A stretch of 63,535 nt of DNA, the filler included, from Reticulomyxa filosa (taxonomy: Eukaryota > Protista > Foraminifera): the NCBI GenBank assembly GCA_000512085.1. It is 22 parts of 22 records of this genome, joined end to end, with 100 filler letters (N's around TTAATTAATTAA, not from the genome) between each part and the next. Parts side by side here need not be neighbours in the genome. Positions count along the whole stretch, not along the records: positions 45,482 to 55,143 come from ASPP01018654.1; positions 55,244 to 56,515 come from ASPP01026043.1; positions 56,616 to 59,621 come from ASPP01003613.1; positions 59,722 to 62,435 come from ASPP01002444.1; positions 62,536 to 63,535 come from ASPP01048738.1; 17 more parts are not named here. One strand, written 5' to 3'. A program made the translations under genes and the position numbers. The notes below the pieces were generated by a model that saw only the letters and a program-made list of their open reading frames with translations, was not told where the DNA came from and did no database searches. Of the stretch, positions 54,181-63,535 are shown piece by piece. The first letter of the stretch is position 1; each line of letters starts with the position of its first letter.

Positions 54181-55010
54181 TTAATTTATGGGAGTGTTGT
54201 CAATGTTGGTAGCATTTTGAGGAGTTGTTTTGGTTGGCAGTTTGGAATTGAGAAGTTCGATGGCGATGTCTTTTTTCAATTTGGTGTAATGGTGGTAGTG
54301 GGTGGCAAATGCCCCATTATCTGACAAACGACTGCGGACATAAACACATTTGCTGGCTTGCCGTTGGGACGCAAAGACACACAAAGCAGTTTGGCATTGT
54401 GACACAGCACGCGGGGGTATCCCGATAATACGTTCACGCAAGCTTTCTTGATCATTTGGCCGAGGTCGTTGAGTTTCATAGAGTTTTAGTGTTTCGTCGG
54501 CACGAAGAGCAGCGCACTGCAAGCAAAACAAATACGACGCTTCGGCACCCCGATAATAGCCCTCACGAACATACTTGCTTTTATTGCACGATACACAAGT
54601 ATATTGCACGTCTTTTTCAGATGACGACGACGCCTGATCTGGATGAAGGAAGACAAACAAAATAAAGAGTGAAAAGGAGCCAAGAGATAAAGAGAGAGAG
54701 AAGGTTATTCGAGAGAGTTGTAACAAAAGGAAGAAAACAAACAAAACAAAAAGTCATGGGTTGAGCATCAATCGTCTTGGACAACAATTTGAACACACGA
54801 TTTTTTTTCATCAAGTTTGCCATTATGTCACGATCCAATGTGTCTGGCCCTTTGTCCATTTCCGCTTTCGTGACCGAGCCAAATGTGCTCAGCATCGCCT
54901 TCACAGTGTCTTCCGTAGCGTCAGGGGGCAAGCCGTACACAAATACAGTTCTTCGAAACGGAAATTCCTTTTCGCTAGGAACGCGAAAGTTCTTGCGACC
55001 AATGCTTTGC
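54181..55010 (-). CDS. La-related RRM protein with an inserted C4 zinc-finger-like segment (3' exons)
   Basis: RNP2-like RRTVFVYGLPPDATEDTVKAMLSTFGSV, then CVSC...CLQC, then RNP1-like TALCVFASQRQASKCV and a terminal helix HYHHYTKLKKD. Confidence 0.6.
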
Positions 55011-55243
55011 ATTTGCATCACACATATAAACAAAGTACATATTTTGTTTCTTGAGACTCCAAATATTCACACTCTTTAAAAAAAAAAAAAAGAGGATTAA
55101 GTAAAAATGAGAAAAAAAAAAAAAAAAAACCGTTTTACTTTAGNNNNNNNNNNNNNNNNNNNNNNNNNNNNNNNNNNNNNNNNNNNNTTAATTAATTAAN
55201 NNNNNNNNNNNNNNNNNNNNNNNNNNNNNNNNNNNNNNNNNNN

Positions 55244-56515
55244 TCGTGATGATGAGACAATGTTTGATAAAGCGAACAAAAGAAGGCAATCAGTGGAAAT
55301 CAAATCACAAGACCGTGGCTCTCTCAAGCGTTCAAGACCACAAGATGACGAAAATGAACTTGAAAAATCAAACAAAAAGCAAAGAATCTAAATATTGCAA
55401 AGAGAAATAAATCTAGAAATGAAAATAGCAGGAACTAAAGAAAAAGAATTAAATGATGAAAACATTTGGAAAGAAAACAAGAAGGTGCGTAAAGATTACT
55501 TTTGTAAAACAAGCCCTTCGTTAGTTTTCACACCTGTAAATGGAAGAGGATTGATATCACAAACATCAATCCTGAAATTCATTGGAATTAATGAAAAACG
55601 ATTTGTAAAGAAATTGAAAGCGCACACGTTCTCTCAATCATGGAAAACGTTGTTTGTGCACTTCCGCAAGTGAAAATGGATGAATTGAAACTGATTGCAG
55701 ATTAATTTAATGCAAGACAACAAAGCTCAAAAGAGAATGGCAATGATGAAAAACAAGATCAAGAAGTTAATGAACTAAGTATTAGAGTATGTTCCATCTT
55801 TAGACCAGATTATGTTGCAGAGAAAATAGCAATGAGAAGTTGAAAGATTCAAGGGCATGCCTGTGGTGAAGGTCATATTTGGGAAAGCAGAAGATGCAAT
55901 CGATGAAAAGATAATCACCATTGGATTCAATGAAGCAAAATGCGAGATCTTCGATAAGTATAGACGTCGTCTAAGATCACACTTTATTCAATGTAAGAAA
56001 TACTTCAAGTTGATCATTTCGCAAAAGACTGCACAAGAGTGAAAGTGTGCAAGTACTGTGGAAGAAAGAACCATACAGCGGAGCAGTGCCATCACAGAAA
56101 TAATTCAAAGTTTCAGAAATGTGTAAAGGACATCACCCAAGTGATTGTCCTGTTATTCAAAGAACAAGGAATGCAATCGGCGTTAATTTATCTCGACGTG
56201 AAAAGAAGATAATTGAATCAACAACATCCAGCAGAAAAATCTAATATCCAAAAGTACAAGAATGTATTATCAAAAAATAAACAATCAATTGGACCAGTAA
56301 AGAAAAATGAAAATGGATATTCATACACAAAATAAAAACAAAATGAATGATCAAATGGACGAAATTAAAGAATAGTCAAATTGATCAAGAAGAGATCCAG
56401 AACAACACAGATATGGAAGATTATCAATGAACGAATTGATTATTTTCCAAAACAACATCAACGGCTTTTATTCGAAAGCCCAACTGCTGGAGCAGAATCT
56501 CCACGCAGTTCAACC
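55244..56515 (+). mobile_element. Degenerate LINE-like ORF1 (gag-like, Zn knuckles)
   Basis: Across frameshifts it reads FIQCKKYFKLDHFAKDCTRVKVCKYCGRKNHTAEQC...KGHHPSDCPVIQ, the same pattern as 28130-28210. Confidence 0.7.
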
Positions 56516-57249
56516 NNNNNNNNNNNNNNNNNNNNNNNNNNNNNNNNNNNNNNNNNNNNTTAATTAATTAANNNNNNNNNNNNNNNNNNNNNNNNNNNNN
56601 NNNNNNNNNNNNNNNAATTTTTGGATTGAAAAAATAATTTTAAATAAATTTTTTTATTTGATATGAAAGTTTTTTGATTTATTGTAAAATATAACATTCA
56701 ACTTAATCAAAATGATTGAAAGATTATTTTGTTGAAAAAACTGTTCAATGTCTGAGGCGTGCTGCCATACTTTGATTAAACAATAGTGTACTACATGAAC
56801 ACTGAGTAATTTTTCAAAGAATACAAATAAGAAAAGGTGAGAGAAAGTGTGAAGTAAGTTTAGATAAAAGTGGTTTCAGAGCCCTCCCTAAAAGATATAG
56901 CCTTGCCCTACAAAAGTGAAACTTTCGTTCTGTTAATTACAAAACGAAGAACTCTACTGATCAAAAATGGGTTACATTACATTGTTCCAAGTGGAAGATT
57001 GGCTATCAACAAAAAGGTGACCTTTTGTCAAAAAAAAAAAGAAAATACACTCAAGCAAAAAAAACTAATCAAGACAATTAACGCATTAAAGGAAAAAAAA
57101 TGAATACCTAAAATTTAAAAAAAATTCGAAAGTGAACAATAAGAAAACTAAAACTCAAAAAAAAAGATATTCCCTTTAAACAAGTTCCTTGCGTCCGAGT
57201 AAAAAAAATCATTTACACTTACATTTTTTCTTTATTAAAAAAAAATTCA

Positions 57250-58110
57250 CTCTCGTCGATATCCATTTGAATTTCTCTGTCATTTCATAATCAATGTCCC
57301 ACAATTGAACCCATAACTCTTTCCCGCAAGGAGTTCGAGAACTCCATACTCACTGTTTAGCAGTTTTTTGTTGAGTTCAATATTGGAAATTTCCTTTTCA
57401 TCTTTGAAGTCGTTGACTTGGTTGCAATGAATTGTGGTATTGAAAGTTACCAAGATCTTTAAAAGTGATCGAGAAAGAATAATACGTTTGAAAATGCTTA
57501 CGTAATCAGCTGTTGGATCGGGTTTTGCTGTGGTGGACTTTGAAGCCTAATCTTCAATTACAGGTACATGTTTCCCTTGAATGTACATATATCCATGATC
57601 ACACCTTGGCATTCTTTTTTTTAACATTGACTTTGCTTTATCTGGATTGTTGTAGTTGTATAGTTTGCAAAACTTTTGCGAATAGTCTTTGCTCTGATCT
57701 TCATTTTGTACATTAAAGCAGCTTTGTCCTATTTGTAATCTCTTCCATATGTCTGTCACTAGGCCATCGTGACAATTCCGTTGAGAAGGATTGAAATGAA
57801 ATATGGCTCTTTTGCCATCATTCGCAAGTTTGTATGTCTTGTCAAGATATCATCATATTCTTGTGCATCAATATTTTTCCTGCGAGTCTAGGTTCCACAA
57901 ATTGAACCTTGATGAAAAGTCGTTTCTTTTGCAGTCGCTTTGTTCGACATTCGTGTGGATTGGCTGTGCTTCTTCCTCAATCACACTTGATTGATTTATT
58001 ACATTCGATTTGGTGCTAGTCACTGTTTTAATCTTTGCAAGGCCATTGAAAATTTTATCTGCTAAAACTATTGTTTCTTTTTTGCTAATGATCGTGCTAA
58101 ACACAACTGT
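57250..58110 (-). pseudogene. Interrupted hypothetical coding sequence
   Basis: Consecutive minus-strand ORFs broken by stops. Confidence 0.3.
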
Positions 58111-60313
58111 TGATCATTGAATCGATAATATTGTTGTTTCAAGGTAATATTTTCACGCTGCTTCATATTGTTTTTTTAATCACTTCAATCTCTGCAAGAC
58201 TATAATGTAAATATTAATAAAAAGAAAAGATAGACAAAAAAAGCATAGATTTGATATATTTAAAGTAACATAAAAATACATGTTTTGAAAATAACACGAA
58301 TGTGTTGGTTTTGTATCATCGTTTGAAAATTTAAATGTGATTGTGCGCATTTAAAAACAAATCTTTATATCATTAATTTATACATGAAGAAAATTGTATC
58401 ATAGGTGTGGAGCATTTAAATCAAATATATGTTTGTGATGAAATAAAATGCAAAATATACTGAAATAATAGAAGTATAAGACATAACAAAGACGCAAAAT
58501 TATTTAGAACAAGTTTGATTTGATTAATCATATTATTTTGTCTTAACACATGCTTATTCATTTGTACTCTTATATTTTAATTTGAAAGAACAGATAATGA
58601 ATGATGTATAAGTATTCAATAAAAGAAAAAATATTACATTTTCATTCATAAATGTGATTTTTCATTTTATTCCTTCATCATTTGCAATTTTGCGTGATGA
58701 TTGTACAAATATCCATTGTCATTTGTAGATATAACATCAAATGTTTTGATGGATCCATAAAATGTTACTTTTTCATTATCACACTAAGTAAAGATAAATC
58801 AATTAAACTAGTCAAGCAAAATTAGATAAATATAGCAATATATTGTCGATGATTTATTATTTATATGTTGTATGATGAAAAGATATTAAAAAATATTCTT
58901 GCATATTGTCCATAAGTAATTAAATAAATTGAAGATTTTCATCGTGTATCTAAAAGATTTCGTGGAATACAATTCTTTGGTATGAATTTGCTTGTTTTTT
59001 AAAAAAAAATGAAATAAGATGACACAAGCCGCTGTATTCAATTTATATTTTTAATCTTTTTAAAGTTTTTTAATTAGTACTCTTTTCTCCAATCATTTCT
59101 TGCTGAAATCCACGTGTGACCGACTTCGTGTAATTTGAAAATTTGTCCATTGTGTCATTATCAGCATCCATTCAAATTAATCTTGTCAAAATCTCCACTA
59201 TTTTATTAATAACGACTATCTTTTGCATTCTTATTTGGAATACAATATCAACTACATCTAATATAACTGGCTCCATCGACGCGGTTCACTTGCAAATCTG
59301 TATACACATACAAACACTCCATATCCCGTATTGCGCCTTGCGCCCTCCCAATCTATATAATACAAACAAATAAACAAACAATTAACAATTTTCTTTTTTA
59401 AAAATATATTATCTTAACATATCTTGGGCGGGACTTCATCGTCCCACCAAATCTCTTTCTTTTTTTTTTCCTTTTCACTTTACCCAATTCTCATAATTTT
59501 CCAATTTCTTTATTTTTATCCTCTTTGTGATATTAATGGTGTCGCTTGATCTGGCCTCCGACCATGATTTGTGGTGGTCTTAGTCCATAGTCATATACTG
59601 CAGCCGATTGGAGTGATCTTGNNNNNNNNNNNNNNNNNNNNNNNNNNNNNNNNNNNNNNNNNNNNTTAATTAATTAANNNNNNNNNNNNNNNNNNNNNNN
59701 NNNNNNNNNNNNNNNNNNNNNCGCTACTTTTCCTCCTCCACGCCAACCCAAATACCGCAAACGAGAAAAACATTCTTCTCAACCTCCTTCCGCTGCTTCT
59801 TCTTCTCGTAATAAGATTACTCAAGAAGATTTGTGGGAGAAAGCTCCTCTTCCCAATCTTCATCCACGCTTCCCTGATGTCTTCCGTTTGCACAACAACC
59901 AAGAAGAGTGATTGATATGATATCCATTATTTTTCTTACTCACATTCACCACTCTTTTCATTCTTTTTTTTTTTTCGTTCTATTGTTGAATTGTTTGGCT
60001 TAATGTTTCACTTGTTGTGATGCTTATTTTGGTTTGTTTCAATTTTTTTGGATTATCCAGTTTTGTTCTTTGTGGAATGATTCTAAACTGGACACGTATG
60101 AAAAGTATTGGATGCATACAATCTTTGCACACAGGCACTGAAAGAGTTTTTAATCCAAGCAAATTATGCTATGCATAGTGTTCAACAAAAGCATAAACTA
60201 TGTAAAGTTGAATACAATTATTGACGAACAAATTTTTTGTTGCAGAAAACGCTGGAACTTGAGTAAAAGTTTGACATTTTTTATCAAGGGACAAATAATA
60301 GCATCAAACTAAA

Positions 60314-61678
60314 ATGCAAGAAAATGAGCCAACAAAATTTACTTCCAAATTTTTACTCACAGATGAAGAGATCCTCCGTCGTGGTGTTCCAGAGAACTTG
60401 GTAGCGAGTTATCGAGCGTTTCAGTATAACGAAGCGTATTCGATTTCTCAATGGATAGGCAACGATGAACTGCGAAAGCACACATTTGACACCTGTGTTT
60501 TACCTGTTTCGTTGGAAGAGTCGAAACACTTGCTAATATATTTTCGGTATATACAGCACTCACAAATGTCAAAGCGGACAACCAGTGAATGGATTGAAGA
60601 TTACAAAAAAACTCAAGAATCAGTGGATAAATATGTCAGCCAAGTGAAAAGTAAGATCGACACCTGTTTGCAAACCAAACAGAAAGTATGGAAAGATGGC
60701 TTTTTTGCAAAATTTAATTCACGTTCTCCGAAAGACGTGTTCATTTGTGAGGGCCAAAATCCACGTTTGAAACAAATGTACTGGGAAAAATTGGACGACT
60801 ATTTATTCTCTCAGCTGCAGCAGACCACGCCAAAAAATGACTATGTTGACAGCAACGAAGACAAGGAAGAAAAAAAATATCACACTGACTCCAAAGTTTG
60901 GCTCTTCAAAAATTTGGAGGAAGTGATAAAGGTTAAAAAATAAAACACTAAAAAAAAAGGAAATAATTCAGGGCCAACGACATTTAATTAGCAGTACGAA
61001 TGCGGTGTTGGCGTATTTTCATTTGATAACAGAAGAAATGTGTTTGCATAGCAGTAACGATTTAATAAATATGTTTGCCAAATCATTTCGTTGTTTGGAA
61101 GATTTACAAAAATCTGTAAGTTTGGGGGCATATATGCCTGACGCCGAAAACGTCATTTCTATTGTATTGAGACAATATATGCCCAGTGTAGCAACGAGTC
61201 TAAACGGAGAGTTTCGCGCATTTGTCCATAAAAATAGGTTGAATGCTTGTCGCAGTATTATTCTTCTTTGTATTTTCCTCAGCTGTGTCGAGACAAAGAA
61301 CAAATTGGTAAAGAAATTCTTGAGTTTTTTCAAACACATATCGAGTCACAACTACGCGCTGGGCATGAGTCTTATGTTATTGACTTTTTGCGTTTGGAAA
61401 CTGGCCCAAATGCAATTAAGATTTATGTAATCGAACTGAATCCATTCTATGCACAAACTGGAGCAGCATTATTCAATTGGAAACAACACAGAGAGTTATT
61501 TATGAATGGGCCATTTGAGTTTCGTGTTCGAACTGAGCCAAATGAAAAATGTGATGAATACTTACATCAGTCATGGAAAATAAGTTTAGACGAGTACAGA
61601 AACAGTGAAAAGACTGCAAAGCCTCAAAGTACTGATAATACAAATAACAATTTTTGCCAAAAATGTAATATTTTGTAA
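60314..61678 (+). CDS. Cdc123/D123-like (R2K clade) ATP-grasp protein with C-terminal CaaX
   Basis: Phase-0 intron 60896-60971. Motifs FFAKFNSRSPKD, LRQY...EFRAFV...SQY, YVIDF and IELNPF...TGAALFNW. Apparent 1-nt deletion near 61247. Ends CNIL*. Confidence 0.85.
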
Positions 61679-62027
61679 AAAAAAATATTTTTTCGCTCTT
61701 TTTTAGTTAAACAAATTGCATTTGTCACTTTTTAAAACTAATTGCACTAAACATAAAAAAGAGCATTGATATAATGCATCGAATATAACTAATCTCATTT
61801 AACTCATATAACGACAAAGGGGTTATAATACTGGATAAAGAACAGAATGCACGTAATAAATGATTTGACATCATTGATCAGAGAGAAAAAGTTTTTTCAT
61901 AAAAATAAATGTCGTTGCTCAAAAAACTTTACAATACAGTAATTTTCTTCAATTTGCTGCTGTCATGAATTGCTTTTTACACTTGAGTTATGAAGGTAAT
62001 TTTTTTTTTTACTCGAAAAAAAAAAAG

Positions 62028-62412
62028 GGGGAAGTAACAGAAACAACTCATATTGAAGCACCATCAAACTTTGAAAAATCCTATGGAAGTACTGATATGT
62101 CACAAACAAGCTTATCTCAAGTGATTGTTGGTTTAAAAACGCAAGGAAATAATAACAAACAAATAAAATTGGCACCACAAATATATGATAATTTATTAAA
62201 AAATAAAGTATCAATTGGAGATATAATTTACATTGATGCAGCAACTGGTCGAGTTACAAGAGTTGGACGATGTGACAAATATGGAACGGAATTTGATTTG
62301 GAAAAAGATAACTATGTTCCGTTACCAAAAGGGGTAGTTCACAAAAAAAAAGAAATTACACAAGAGGTTACTTTGCATGATTTGGATGTTGCAAATGCTA
62401 AACCTAATATGG
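62028..62412 (+). CDS. RUVBL1: RuvB-like 1 (pontin/TIP49a) internal exon
   Basis: GEVTE...VIVGLKT...[37 protein letters not shown]...EFDLE...[29 protein letters not shown]. Confidence 0.92.
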
Positions 62413-62535
62413 GTTAAGTATGTTATTATATATATNNNNNNNNNNNNNNNNNNNNNNNNNNNNNNNNNNNNNNNNNNNNTTAATTAATTAANNNNNNNNN
62501 NNNNNNNNNNNNNNNNNNNNNNNNNNNNNNNNNNN

Positions 62536-63535
62536 GGGGGAGGAAGGGAGGACCGCAGGGAGACAGTGGAGATGCGCCAGAAAGCGGAAATGCGGAAACA
62601 GAGGCAAAGGAGGATCACGAGGAGGATGAAGATGATGCCGAGCATGGAAATGTTGTGATTGAAGGAGAAAATGAAAAGAAAAAAGAAGCAGAAAAAGAAA
62701 AAGAAAAAGAAACAGCTTCAGAAGAAAAGACAGGCAAGACCTCCGAAGAGCTGGAACAAGAACGACAAGAGGCGGAAGAACAAAAGAAAAAAGAAGAGGA
62801 TGCGCTGCGTCGACGTCGTGAAGAACAACAGAAAGAAAAAGAAGCAGAAGCACAAAAGGCCAAAGGAAACCAGTTTTACGACGCAAAAAACTTTGATGAA
62901 GCCATGCAATGTTATCAAAAGGCCTTTGAAATCAATCCCAAAAATCCTGCTTATTTGCTTAATCAAAGTGGTATGTGTATGTTGATATCTTTTTTTTTTT
63001 TAAACACATCAAAGAAAAAAAAGGTATTGCTGCAATTGAATCAAGTCTTTTTTTTTTGGGGGGGGGTTATATCAAATGATGATCTTTTTTATTTAAAAAA
63101 AAATAAAAAAATTGAACAGCTGTGCTGTTTATGCAAGAAAAGTGGGATACGTGCATTGAAAAATGCCAAGAGGCTATTGTATTATGTCGGCAGTACTTTT
63201 GCGATTTGAAATGGACATTTAAGGCGTTCAGTCGAATGGGTAGCGTGGAAGAAAAGCGCGGAAACAAAGGAAAAGCGCTGGAATACTACCGAAAAGCACT
63301 CCTTGAACAGAAAGACGAGACGTTGAAAAAGCGTGTAAAGCAGATGGAAAGGGAGGTGGAACAAGAACGCGAAAAGGCGTATTTGGATCCTGAGAAATCA
63401 CAACAACACAAAGAACAAGGAAACAACTATTTCAAACAAGGCAAATGGCAAGATGCAATTGCAGAATACACGGAAGCCATTCGAAGAAATCCCAAGGAAC
63501 CTTTGCTGTATAGCAACCGAGCTACCGCTTACTGT
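62536..63535 (+). CDS. STI1: STI1/HOP Hsp70-Hsp90 organising protein (TPR2A-TPR2B), partial
   Basis: KAKGNQFYDAKNFDEAMQCYQKA..., an intron at about 62971-63118, then AVLFMQEKWDTCIEKCQEA...KAFSRMG...KAYLDPEKSQQHKEQGNNYFKQGKWQDAIAEYTEAIRRNP...LYSNRATAY. Confidence 0.93.

Noticed and set aside
62488-62966. Antisense F/S/L-rich ORFs here and at 48669-49802
   Set aside because: They are shadows of charged or Asn-rich coding sequence on the plus strand.

Overview
This window is not one continuous locus. It is about 22 short contigs joined by an artificial 100-nt spacer (N44-TTAATTAATTAA-N44). Almost all contigs are AT-rich, intron-containing eukaryotic DNA with long homopolymers and apparent homopolymer frameshifts. 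The Kelch-family gene, the WD40 relic and the intron style suggest the foraminiferan Reticulomyxa filosa or a relative; this is an inference. One contig (3383-4449) is a GC-richer gammaproteobacterial ffh fragment. Recognisable host genes, several missed or fragmented by the ORF track, are: an SLC26/SulP transporter (5' part), a 7TM GPCR-like protein, an AlkB-like dioxygenase, TIM21-like, the ArgRS C-terminus, the KIF-binding protein C-terminus, a G-alpha first exon, NADP-glutamate dehydrogenase, a Kelch protein, an atypical peptide deformylase, a tandem CAP-Gly protein, a tandem CudA/STAT-like putative transcription factor, a La-type RRM protein, a Cdc123/R2K ATP-grasp protein, a RUVBL1 fragment and STI1/HOP. 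Mobile DNA comprises two degenerate Ty3/gypsy copies, two degenerate LINE-like relics, and a Tc1/mariner-like terminus at which three contigs end. No multi-gene system can be supported, because neighbourhood across spacers is meaningless. The best novelty candidates are single-gene architectures (tandem CudA-like TF, RRM split by a Zn finger, CaaX-tailed R2K ligase, intronless DDCMS-type deformylase) and an unusual splice-site signature. All family calls come from motif recognition, not database searches.
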